Shown here: positions 1-9,100 of the stretch, one piece after another
Position numbering within the stretch: position 1 is the first letter of the stretch
Layout: each line of letters opens with the position of its first letter
NCBI GenBank assembly: GCA_038214755.1
Contig: JBBQRQ010000080.1
Location: 1-23,545 of the forward strand
Source: Verrucomicrobiota bacterium
GTDB taxonomy: Bacteria; Verrucomicrobiota; Verrucomicrobiia; Limisphaerales; CANJXF01
Length of the DNA: 23,545 nt
Direction of reading: 5' to 3'
Program-made: the position numbers and the translations under genes
Notes under the pieces: generated by a model
Seen by the model: the letters and a program-made list of their open reading frames with translations, nothing else
What the model was told of the DNA's origin: nothing
Database searches by the model: none

Positions 1-142
1 CGTCGTCGACCTCCAGGCCGCCATCAACCGCTATCTCGACGAGGCCAACCGTGACCCAAAGCCCTTCATCTGGACCGCTGACCCGGACAAAATCATCGCC
101 GCCGTCAACCGCGGGCGCCAAGTGTTAGATTCGATCCACTAG
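1..142 (+). mobile_element. 3' end of an IS630-family insertion sequence (transposase C-terminus, cut by the window edge)
   Basis: Not in the ORF track. Frame 2 reads VVDLQAAINRYLDEANRDPKPFIWTADPDKIIAAVNRGRQVLDSIH*, the typical IS630 C-terminus (N..PKPF.WT..PD.I). The stop TAG (140-142) lies in a CACTAG end, consistent with IS630 TA/CTAG targeting. Confidence 0.9.
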
Positions 143-276
143 AAAAGAGGTTCGACCTCCGCCGCCGATAAAGATGAAGCCTTGCGGAACTTTGGCTGCC
201 GGTGCGCGTTGATTGTTCTGCCCTGATAGCGGGTTCGCTAGTCGCAATATTGGTTGTCACGGCCAGAAGGACTATA

Positions 277-642
277 GTGGCCGTCATACTGATTGTCGAA
301 GATGAGGTATTTACCCGCGAAGTAGCGAAGATGATGCTTCAAGACTTCGGTTACGATACATTTTCAGCCAGCGATGTAGACGAGGCGCTTTTGCTCTTGC
401 GCTCTCCTCAACACATCGACGCGCTCTTCACAGATATCTATCTCAAGACAGCGGTCCTTGGCGGGTGTGAGCTTGCACATCAGGCCCTCAAGCTTCGGCC
501 GAATTTGCGTGTGCTTTACACGACGGGCAATTCTATAACCGACAGAATAAAAGCTATGTTTGTTGAAGGCGCACCCTTCCTTTGCAAGCCGTACACGCCA
601 GATCAGCTCAAAAACTCGGTTGAAGCCCTGCTCGCAGTGTAA
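277..642 (+). CDS. single-domain response regulator (CheY-like receiver), 121 aa
   Basis: ILIVEDE acidic pocket, FTDI phosphoacceptor, YTTG and KPY motifs. Start moved to GTG 277, which follows an AGAAGGA ribosome-binding site at 265-271. Confidence 0.92.
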   Translation: MAVILIVEDEVFTREVAKMMLQDFGYDTFSASDVDEALLLLRSPQHIDALFTDIYLKTAVLGGCELAHQALKLRPNLRVLYTTGNSITDRIKAMFVEGAPFLCKPYTPDQLKNSVEALLAV

Positions 643-678
643 TCTTTTCAGTCGCTCACTCTTGGGGGAACAACGGCC

Positions 679-2757
679 ATGTTCGATGAGGGCACCGACA
701 ACACCGCGGGCAAGCGGGCGGACGAGGCGCTGCTCAAGGCGGGGGCCCTGCAGAGCGCGATTTTCAACAGCGCCAACTTCTCGAGCATCGCCACCGACGC
801 GAAGGGCGTCATTCAGATCTTCAATGTCGGCGCCGAGCGGATGCTGGGCTACACCGCCGCCGAAGTGATGAACAAGCTCACGCCGGCCGACATTTCCGAT
901 CCAGAGGAAGTGGTCGCGCGCGCCAAAGCGCTCAGCGTCGAACTCGGAACCCCGATTACGCCAGGCTTTGACGCATTGGTTTTCAAGGCCAAGCGCGGGA
1001 TCGAGGACATCTACGAATTGACCTACATCCGCAAAGACTGCAGCCGCTTTCCGGCGGTGGTGTCGGTCACGGCGTTACGCGACGATCGAGGCGCGATCAT
1101 CGGCTATTTGTTGATCGGCACCGATAACACCGCGCGCAAGGAGGTTGAAGCAGACAAGAACAAACTCGATCAGCGCCTGCGCGACCAGCAGTTCTACACG
1201 CGCTCTCTCATCGAATCCAATATTGACGCGCTGATGACCACCGACCCGTCCGGCATCATCACCGACGTCAACAAGCAGATGGAGGCGCTCACCGGTTGCA
1301 CCCGCGACGAGTTGATCGGTGCGCCGTTCAAGGACTGCTTCACCGATCCGGACCGTGCCGAGGCAGGCATTAAGCTGGTGCTCAACGAAAAAAAGGTTGT
1401 CAACTACGAGCTTACCGCCCGCGCCCGGGACGGAAAAGAAACCGTGGTGTCCTACAACGCCGCCACCTTCTACGATCGGGACAGGAAATTGCAGGGCGTG
1501 TTCGCCGCCGCCCGCGACGTCACCGAGATCAAACGCTTCGAGCAGACACTCCAGCAAAAGAACGTCGAGCTCCAGAGCACCAAGTCTGCGGCCGAGAAAG
1601 CCAATCTCGCGAAATCGGATTTCCTCTCGAGCATGAGTCATGAGCTCCGCAGCCCCCTCAACGCCATCCTCGGCTTCGCCCAACTGATGGAGACCGCCTC
1701 CCCGTTGCCGACTCCCTCCCAGCAGGAAAGCATTGACCAAATTCTGAAAGCGGGATGGCATCTGCTCACGCTCATCAACGAAATCCTCGATCTCGCCCGC
1801 ATTGAGTCCGGCAAGTTGTCCCTGTCGCTGGAACCGATCGCCCTGGCCGAAGTCCTGCGCGAATGCCAGGCCATGATCGAACCCCAAGCCCAAAAACAGG
1901 GCATCAGCATGACCTTTCCCCAATCCGGCATCCCTTACTGGGTCATGGCCGATCGGACCCGCTTGAAGCAGGTCCTCATCAACCTTCTTTCAAACGCCAT
2001 CAAATACAACCAGGCGGCGGGAACCGTCGTCGTGGACTGCACCGCCATCCCGCCGGACCGCATTCGCGTCAGCGTCAAAGACAACGGCGCGGGATTGCCT
2101 CCGGAAGAACTGGCGCAGCTATTTCAACCGTTCAATCGTCTCGGACAAGAGGGCGGCGGCCAGGAAGGCACAGGCATCGGCCTCGTCGTCGCCAAGCAAC
2201 TGATCGAATTGATGATGGGCGGCGTGATCGGCGTGGAAAGCACCGTTGGGACGGGAAGCGTTTTCTGGTTCGAACTGATGACGGCCGTTGAGCCAGTGCT
2301 TGCCCTTGAAAGCGTTGAATCCACACCCCTTATCACATCGCAAGTCCAGAGCGGCGCGCCGCTGCACACCCTGCTCTATGTCGAGGATAACCCGGCTAAC
2401 CTCAAGCTCGTCGAGCAACTCATCGCGCGCCGACCCGACCTGCGCCTGCTCAGCGCGGGCGACGGCCTCACCGGCATCAAGCTCGCCCGCGCCCATCTGC
2501 CGGAGGTGATCCTCATGGATATCAATCTGCCCGGCATCAGCGGCATTGAAACCCTCAAACTCCTGCGTGCAGACCCCGCAACGGCGCACATCACCGTCGT
2601 TGCCCTCAGTGCGAATGCCATGCCACACGACATCGAGAAAGGCATGGAGGCAGGATTCTTCCGGTATCTCACCAAGCCGATAAAGGTCATCGAGTTTATG
2701 GATACGCTGAACGTTGCGCTGAAATTCGCTGAAAAAAACGTTGCTCAAATCGCATAA
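679..2757 (+). CDS. cytoplasmic PAS-PAS hybrid sensor histidine kinase/response regulator
   Basis: Two PAS/PAC domains, H-box MSHELRSPLN, N-box NLLSNAIKY, DNGAG and GTGIGL G-boxes, and a C-terminal receiver (YVEDN, LMDINLP, TKP). No TM segment seen. Confidence 0.95.
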   Translation: MFDEGTDNTAGKRADEALLKAGALQSAIFNSANFSSIATDAKGVIQIFNVGAERMLGYTAAEVMNKLTPADISDPEEVVARAKALSVELGTPITPGFDALVFKAKRGIEDIYELTYIRKDCSRFPAVVSVTALRDDRGAIIGYLLIGTDNTARKEVEADKNKLDQRLRDQQFYTRSLIESNIDALMTTDPSGIITDVNKQMEALTGCTRDELIGAPFKDCFTDPDRAEAGIKLVLNEKKVVNYELTARARDGKETVVSYNAATFYDRDRKLQGVFAAARDVTEIKRFEQTLQQKNVELQSTKSAAEKANLAKSDFLSSMSHELRSPLNAILGFAQLMETASPLPTPSQQESIDQILKAGWHLLTLINEILDLARIESGKLSLSLEPIALAEVLRECQAMIEPQAQKQGISMTFPQSGIPYWVMADRTRLKQVLINLLSNAIKYNQAAGTVVVDCTAIPPDRIRVSVKDNGAGLPPEELAQLFQPFNRLGQEGGGQEGTGIGLVVAKQLIELMMGGVIGVESTVGTGSVFWFELMTAVEPVLALESVESTPLITSQVQSGAPLHTLLYVEDNPANLKLVEQLIARRPDLRLLSAGDGLTGIKLARAHLPEVILMDINLPGISGIETLKLLRADPATAHITVVALSANAMPHDIEKGMEAGFFRYLTKPIKVIEFMDTLNVALKFAEKNVAQIA

Positions 2758-2770
2758 CGCACAGCAAATA

Positions 2771-2887
2771 TTAGCCAGGCAATTCAAGCGCATCAAACTT
2801 GTCTGCGTCTCCAGCATCCAGTGGAATCAACGGCAGCCAGGCGCGTTTGAAGCCTTTGGCCGGCAATTTTTTCGTCGCGTCAATGCC
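2771..2887 (-). pseudogene. second, diverged copy of the 3' tail of a UbiD-family decarboxylase gene
   Basis: Minus strand reads GIDATKKLPAKGFKRAWLPLIPLDAGDADKFDALELPG*. The first 24 aa are 16/24 identical to GIDATKKLLGEGFRRPWPPLIKMD of the adjacent fragment. TTCGTCGCGTCAATGCCG occurs at both 2871-2888 and 3054-3071. Confidence 0.85.
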
Positions 2888-2891
2888 GGGA

Positions 2892-2919
2892 GTTGGTTGA
2901 GGGTTCATGGTTGAGAGTT
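2892..2919. repeat. degenerate heptamer tandem repeat, 4 units
   Basis: GTTGGTT GAGGGTT CATGGTT GAGAGTT. Same unit type as 12552-12623. Confidence 0.65.
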
Positions 2920-2950
2920 TGCGTGAATTTCCGAATCACTGATTCGGGAA

Positions 2951-3469
2951 TCAGGTTTTTCCTCCGAACAGCGCGGTGATCTTTTTCTGAACCTGCTTGT
3001 CCATCTTGATGAGTGGCGGCCACGGCCGTCTGAATCCTTCGCCGAGGAGTTTCTTCGTCGCGTCAATGCCGAGTTTGCTGCCGCTGGCGATTTCGCTGGT
3101 GGCGTGGTCGCGCACGTCGGATGGGCCTTTGGTGAAGATGCTGTCGCGTTGCGGGTCGGTGTTGGCGCAGAGGCGGAAGAGGACTTCGCTGGTGTTGGGA
3201 ACGTCCACGTCGTCGTCCACCACGATAATGTATTTGGTGAACATCATCTGGCCCATGCCCCAGAGGCCGTGCTGGGTAGCGCGGGCGACCCGCCTGTCGT
3301 GTCTGGCGACTCGCCGGACACAGTCGAGAGGCACAGATGATTTCGGCGCGACGCCGAAACCGACACGCGAGACGCGTATGCTCCCCACGAAGACGAGGTT
3401 GTGGAAGACGCCTTCGGCCGGCAGCGCGATGTCCACGATCTCGGGGAAGTTCATCTTGAAGATGGGCAG
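2951..3469 (-). pseudogene. ubiD: C-terminal fragment of a UbiD-family (menaquinone-pathway type) decarboxylase, interrupted by a REP doublet
   Basis: LPIFKMNFPEIVDIALPAEGVFHNLVFV...HGLWGMGQMMFTKYIIVVDDDVDV...GSKLGIDATKK is the UbiD C-terminal region. The N-terminal part of the protein is missing, and 38 foreign codons lie in the middle. Confidence 0.88.
3272..3385. repeat. head-to-head pair of double-hairpin REP-like elements (GTAG-type plus GGAG-type)
   Basis: Left: GGTAGC, then hairpins GCGGGCGACCCGC and GTCTGGCGACTCGCCGGAC. Right (reverse strand): GGGAGCAT, then hairpins ACGCGTCTCGCGT and TTTCGGCGTCGCGCCGAAA. Confidence 0.8.
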
Positions 3470-3492
3470 ACTATACGCACACCTGCCCTTTA

Positions 3493-4263
3493 TCAAAAAA
3501 TCTCAGCGAAGAATTGCTTCATTGCTTCCCACGAACGCTTGTCTGCCTTCTCATTGTAAGCCGCGCCTCTGGAATTATCGCTGCCCGCATTCCAATCGGT
3601 GAAGCTATGCACGGCGTTTCCATACGCGACAAATTCCCAATCGACTTTGGCTTTGCGCATCTCCTCTTGAAAGCCGGGGACCTCTGGATTCACATTGGGA
3701 TCGTCCGCTCCGTGCAGAACTAAAATTTTGCATTTGATATTTTTTGCGTCGGTAGGATTCGGAGAACTTAGTCCGCCGTGAAAACTGACCACGCCGGAAA
3801 TGTCCGCGCCACCCCGCGCCAATTCCAGAACAGTAGTCCCGCCAAAACAATAACCGATGGCGGCGATTTTTTTTGCGTCGGTCATTTCATTTTTCTCGAG
3901 CACGTCCAAGCCGGCTTTCACTCGCGCGCGCAGCAAAGCCCGGTCTGATTTAAACTTTCCCGCCAGCGCGCCCGCCTCTTTCGGACTGCTTGGACGAATT
4001 CCTTTTCCGTAAATATCGGCGGCAAAAACGTTGTAACCAAGCTTGGCCAACATTTCGGCGCGCTTCTTTTCGTAATCACCCAAACCTTTCCATTGATGCA
4101 CGATCAAAATGCCGGGGCGTTTTCCAGAAGCAGAATCATCATAAGCGTGAAAACCTTCCAACGTCACGTCGCCGCTTTTGTACTCGATGTTTTCAGTTTT
4201 GATTTCGGCGCGAACCGAGCCGGTCAGCGCGAGACTCAATAAAAATAAGCCAAATGATTTCAT
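3493..4263 (-). CDS. dienelactone hydrolase family protein with signal peptide
   Basis: GYCFGG nucleophile elbow, HGADDP and AVHSFT (catalytic Asp and His). N-terminal signal peptide MKSFGLFLLSLALTGSVRA. Confidence 0.93.
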   Translation of the reverse strand: MKSFGLFLLSLALTGSVRAEIKTENIEYKSGDVTLEGFHAYDDSASGKRPGILIVHQWKGLGDYEKKRAEMLAKLGYNVFAADIYGKGIRPSSPKEAGALAGKFKSDRALLRARVKAGLDVLEKNEMTDAKKIAAIGYCFGGTTVLELARGGADISGVVSFHGGLSSPNPTDAKNIKCKILVLHGADDPNVNPEVPGFQEEMRKAKVDWEFVAYGNAVHSFTDWNAGSDNSRGAAYNEKADKRSWEAMKQFFAEIF

Positions 4264-4304
4264 AATTTTTCTTGTTTGAATTTTGATTTAACGGCCCTTT
4301 CCGG

Positions 4305-4508
4305 GGAGTGATTAAAAGTGGGGGAGGTTGGAACCGATCTTATTTTGGACTGCGGGGACACGTCCCCGCTTTGACTGCACGGTGGAGAAGCCGGGAAGGT
4401 TCTTCATTTTGCGCACTTTCTCCATTGCGTAACGTGCAGGAAAAAGCGGCGTCATGCCGCCGCAGTCCAAGGAAACCAAATCCAGCCTCACCCGCTTTTA
4501 ATCACATC
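4305..4508. mobile_element. putative MITE (204 bp) carrying an internal REP doublet
   Basis: 28-bp terminal inverted repeats at 4305-4332 and 4481-4508 (23/28 match). Flanks CCTTTCCGG (4296-4304) and CGTTTCCGG (4509-4517) match 8/9, a likely target duplication. Internal inverted REP pair at 4345-4372 and 4443-4470. Confidence 0.7.
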
Positions 4509-4575
4509 CGTTTCCGGAAGATCGCCTTTTGCATTTAAATGTTTTGCTCCAGTTGTATCTTCAGACGCAACCAAA

Positions 4576-5640
4576 TTGATCAACCACAATTCCAATCTTA
4601 CGCTCCCGGAAAAAATCGGTCAGATGCTACTCGTCGGCTTTCGCGGCTACGAAGTCAAGTCGAGCGATCCCATCGCGCACGATGCCGCCGAACGCAATCT
4701 CGGCGGCGTGGTTTTGTTCGATCAGGAAATGGCCGATGCGCAACTCCACGGGCGAAATATTCAGTCTCCAACGCAGGTAAAAGCGCTGGTGCAATCGCTG
4801 CAAAGTTTTGCCAAAACGCCGCTGTTTATTTCCATCGACCAAGAGGGAGGTCGCGTGAATCGGCTCAAGGCGAGTTACGGATTTCCTGAAACGCTTTCGC
4901 ACGAAGAACTGGGCCAGAGAAATGATCTCGCATTCACTTTTCGCCACGCGGAACTGATTGCGAAAACTTTGGCTCAACTCGGAATCAATTTGAATTTAGC
5001 GCCGGTGGTCGATCTCGACGCGACTCCCGATAACCCGATCATCAAAGGAAAAAAACGGAGTTTTCATTCTGACCCGGAAATTGTCGCGGCACACGCGATG
5101 GAGTTTGCGAAGGCGCATCGCCAACAAGGCGTTTTAATTTGTCCGAAACATTTTCCCGGCCACGGCAGCGCGACGGGCGACACGCATTTGGGTTTGGTGG
5201 ATGTCACGAAAAACTGGAGCGCGCGCGAGTTGATTCCGTTTCAACGCCTGATCGATTCCGGCCTTTGCGAAATCATCATGACCGCGCACGTGTTCAACGC
5301 GAACCTCGATCCCGAGCGTCCGGCCACGCTGTCCAAAAAAATTCTCCAGGGAATTTTGCGCGACCAACTCGGCTACGTCGGTCTGATCATCAGCGATGAC
5401 ATGGAGATGAAAGCCATCTCCGCGCACTACGGTTTGGAAAACGCGATCCAGTTCGGCGTCGAAGCGGGTCTGGATATTTTATGCTTCGGCAACAATATGA
5501 ATTACGACGCGGACATCGGCGAGAAAGCGGCGGGAATTATTTTGCGTCTGGTTGAGTCAGGAAAAATTTCCGAGTCGCGCATCGACGAATCGTTTCAGCG
5601 CATCAGAAAATTAAAGGAGAAATTTTTCGCTGCGATTTAG
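4576..5640 (+). CDS. nagZ: glycoside hydrolase family 3, beta-N-acetylhexosaminidase (NagZ-like)
   Basis: IDQEGGRV, NLAPVVD, KHFPGHG-x4-DTH (NagZ Asp-His signature) and SDDMEM nucleophile region. Single-domain GH3. The start codon (TTG) is uncertain. Confidence 0.88.
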   Translation: MINHNSNLTLPEKIGQMLLVGFRGYEVKSSDPIAHDAAERNLGGVVLFDQEMADAQLHGRNIQSPTQVKALVQSLQSFAKTPLFISIDQEGGRVNRLKASYGFPETLSHEELGQRNDLAFTFRHAELIAKTLAQLGINLNLAPVVDLDATPDNPIIKGKKRSFHSDPEIVAAHAMEFAKAHRQQGVLICPKHFPGHGSATGDTHLGLVDVTKNWSARELIPFQRLIDSGLCEIIMTAHVFNANLDPERPATLSKKILQGILRDQLGYVGLIISDDMEMKAISAHYGLENAIQFGVEAGLDILCFGNNMNYDADIGEKAAGIILRLVESGKISESRIDESFQRIRKLKEKFFAAI

Positions 5641-5683
5641 CAAACGCCGCAGCAGATGAGCGCGCAAACTAAGCCTCCCGTGA

Positions 5684-5963
5684 CGGAGCGCCGGTTTGCA
5701 ACTGGCTTGGCCTTGGTGTGATTTTAACTGGCGGTCAGTTGTAGCGCAGGATTGCATCCTGCCGTAGCGCAGGTTTTCAACCTGCGAGATGCCGCCAGAA
5801 CGGGATACTTTCGAAACCTAAAGACTCTCTCTATTTGCGACGGTCAGCCGGTTTCAAACCGGCGATACAGATGCAATCCTGCGCTACGTTTGACCGCCAG
5901 TTTGAATCACACCGGCTTGGCCTTGGCGCGTTGACTCAAAGCCGGTTGCAAACCGGCGCTCCG
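5684..5963. repeat. outer inverted REP doublet (CGGAG-type) into which a MITE has inserted
   Basis: CGGAGCGCCGGTTTGCAACTGGCTT (5684-5708) and AAGCCGGTTGCAAACCGGCGCTCCG (5939-5963) are 24/25 complementary. Confidence 0.88.
5715..5913. mobile_element. putative MITE (199 bp) with an 11-bp target-site duplication and an internal GTAG REP doublet
   Basis: TIRs GGTGTGATTTTAACTGGCGGTCA (5715-5737) and TGACCGCCAGTTTGAATCACACC (5891-5913) match 21/23. Exact flanking direct repeat GGCTTGGCCTT at 5704-5714 and 5914-5924. Inner perfect 18-bp IR at 5741-5758 and 5870-5887. Confidence 0.85.
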
Positions 5964-6034
5964 GTGGTTTGCCGACGACTTCTCCGATAAATTGAAGGTG
6001 CGACCGAGACCGAGAGTTTATCACTCCGTTTTTG

Positions 6035-6058
6035 CTCTGTGCCTCTGTGCCTCTGTGG
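6035..6058. repeat. octamer tandem repeat CTCTGTG(C/G) x3
   Basis: CTCTGTGC CTCTGTGC CTCTGTGG read directly. Confidence 0.75.
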
Positions 6059-6167
6059 TTCAACCATTTCGTTCATTCGCAATTTTAGGATTCCCAGAAA
6101 TGGTTGCGCTTGCTTTGACCGGCGGGGTAGAGGAATAAACCGCGCGTCTCAATCCCTGGAAATAAAA

Positions 6168-9100
6168 ATGGAAAAACCCGCCATGACACCCGAACCCGGT
6201 GGGCGGGTCTTGCGTTTCGTCGGCGACTCACTCCGTTTCACTTTGCAGGGAGAGCCGCTGCCCGAGAGCCGCGCGCTCCTCCGCACCAACCTCGGCCAGG
6301 GCGCGGCCACCCGATCTGAAATCATTTCTTCGCACGCGGGCCAGCGCCCGATGTCCATCGCGTTTTGGCGCGACCTGCCCATGCGAAAAAACGCCGGGGC
6401 GGAGTGGAGCATCGAGTTGCCTTTGACCGAGCCGGGCTATTTTCGCGCGAAAGCTTATTTCATTGATCCCCACGGCAAACAAATTTGGCCGGACGGTTCG
6501 GATGTTGGAATTTCAATTCACCCGAATTGTTATCGGACGGCCAATATCATTTATTGCGCATTCACCCGGATGTTCGGCGCGACAAAAAATCTGCGAACCA
6601 CGCGTGATGAAAAATTTGAAAAACACCTCAACCAACTCGACCAGCGCGGCTACGTCGTTATTCCGCCCTCGGGGAAATTTCGCGATTTAATTCCACAGCT
6701 TCCCCACATCATCGAAACGCTCGGCTGCAAAATCCTTCACCTGTTGCCCGTCAATCCAACCCCCACCACTTTCGCGCGGATGGGACGTTTCGGCAGTCCG
6801 TATGCCTGTTTGGATTTGACCGCGATTGATCCGGCACTCGTTGAATTTGATCAACGCACCACCGGCGTCGAACAGTTTTGCGAGCTGGCTTATGAAACGC
6901 ATCGGCGCGGCGGAAAACTTTTTCTCGACGTGGTCATCAATCACACCGGCTGGGGTTCCACACTTTTCGAAAATCATCCCGAATGGTTTTTGCGCGACGA
7001 GAAAGGAAGATTTGCCAGCCCCGGCGCCTGGGGAAATATTTGGGCCGACCTCGTCGAACTGGATCCCAATTTCACCAGACTCTGGGAACATTTCGCCGAG
7101 GCATTTTTGACCTGGTGTCGTCGTGGCGTGGATGGATTTCGCTGCGATGCCGGCTACAAAGTTCCGTTGCCCGTCTGGCAATACATCGAGGCGCGCGTGC
7201 GCCAGGAATTTCCCGACACGCTTTTTCTCCTCGAAGGTTTGGGCGGGCCGTGGGCGGCGACGGAGACTTTGTTGACCGAGGGCGGAATGCAGTGGGCTTA
7301 CTCAGAACTTTTTCAATTTTATTCCGGCCACGATGTCGCTTGGTATTTGGATTACGCGCTGCGGCAAAGTCAACGCGTCGGCGTTTACGTTCATTACAGC
7401 GAAACGCACGACAATGATCGTCTCGCAAAAAAAGGCCGCGCCTGGTCGCTGGTGCGAAATCGGTTGTGCGGCTTGACCAGCGTTTGCGGCGGCTTCGGGT
7501 TCACCTGCGGCGTCGAATGGCTGGCTGACGAAAAAATTGAAGTGCATCAAAGTCGGGGAATGAATTGGGGCGCGAAGGAAAATATCGTCCCGGAACTGGC
7601 GCAACTAAATCAATTGCTGGCCGACCACCCCTGTTTTTTTGACGGAGCGAAACTGACTCGGCTCAGTGACCTTGATTCCCCAGTCTTCGCGTTGCGCCGC
7701 GACTCCGCCAAAGTAGGGCAGCGCGTCTCCCCTGCCCAGGAACAAGAGAAAAATTTTATCGAAGGAACAGATTCCGTTCTGGTCCTCGTCAATAACGATG
7801 TTGAAAACGCGCAGGCTTTTTCCCTCGACGAAAAAATTTACAAAGAACTGGGCGAACCTCTGGTTGATTTGCTTGACCTCGCGCCGTTGCAACCCACGCG
7901 CGCCGATGGGAAAATTTCTTTCATGTTAAAACCCGCCGCCGCGCACTGTCTCGCCGCGACGCCGACCCCAATTGGTTTGAGCGGAGAAAATTATCGCCGC
8001 GCCAAAGCGCAGGCCGCGTGGGCGTTTGACGCGTTGAGTAAAGTGTTACCGCCGGAAAAAATCGGCGCGCACCATTGGCAGGAACTCGCCGATCAAGTCC
8101 ACGCATCACCCGAACGATTTCTCATCAGCATAGGAGCGCGGACAGCTATGTCCGCGAGTGTTGCAGACGAGAGCCAGACCGAAAAATCTTCCGAAACAAA
8201 AAATAAACCAAACGCGGACAAGGCTGTCCGCGCTCCTGGTTTTCCCCAAGTCATCCAGTGGACTTTGTTGGATCGTCGCCGCGTCACGCCGGTTCCTCCC
8301 GATCATTGGCTTTTGTTGCACGACACCGTTCCTTTTCGCGCGACGTTGAAATTGGAAACGGCAAAAGAATTTCAACACGCCACCTCGATCGAAGTTCGCG
8401 ATGGGCACGTCGCGTTTTTTGCGCCGAAAAATTTTCCATATGCCATCGACGCCGAACTGGAAATCGAGCGATACGCGCCGGACCATCGAGCCATTGAATC
8501 ACGCCTTCGTTTTCTCGCGCCCAGCCCGTCCTTTTCCGAATCACCCATCCAGAATCCGCCCGCTGACTCGCTCGTTCTTCTCACCAACGGCATCGGCGGC
8601 ATGGCGCGGCTCTGTGTCGATCTTGGCCGAATCAATTCAAAATATGATTGCGCGCTCGGCGCAAATCTTCATTCCGAAGCTCCGGTGGATCGCCATGTCT
8701 TCGTCAAGCGCATTCGCGTCTGGCTCAATGCCGATGGATTTATTACGCCGCTCAACTTACAAAATCTTATTTCGTTTCAGCCCGGACCACCGGCCGTCTG
8801 GCATTTTTCCGCCAGAGTCGGTGATCAACGCACGGTGGAAATCCAACTCACCGCTGACATGCTCAATGGAAAAAACACGACGGTGTTTCGTTTTGAATTG
8901 TCGTCGCGCGCGGCTGGAAGCCTGCGCCCCGTAGCGCCGCCATCCTGCCTGCAGGTTGCTGCGGCTTCCAGCCGCGAGTCGAACCTTAGCCTGACGGTTC
9001 GCGTCGATATCGAAGACCGAAATTTTCACACCGAAACGCATCGTTGTCCCGAAGCGGAAAATCATTTTCAAAATAATTCAAAACCACTTTCCGACAAATC

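Noticed and set aside
4305..5913. Composite transposon carrying the GH3 gene between two MITEs
   Set aside because: Each MITE has its own distinct flanking duplication, and the outermost flanks do not match each other.
6039..6167. N-terminal extension of the 1539-aa ORF
   Set aside because: It starts within the CTCTGTGC repeat and translates intergenic sequence. ATG 6168 is the more plausible start.
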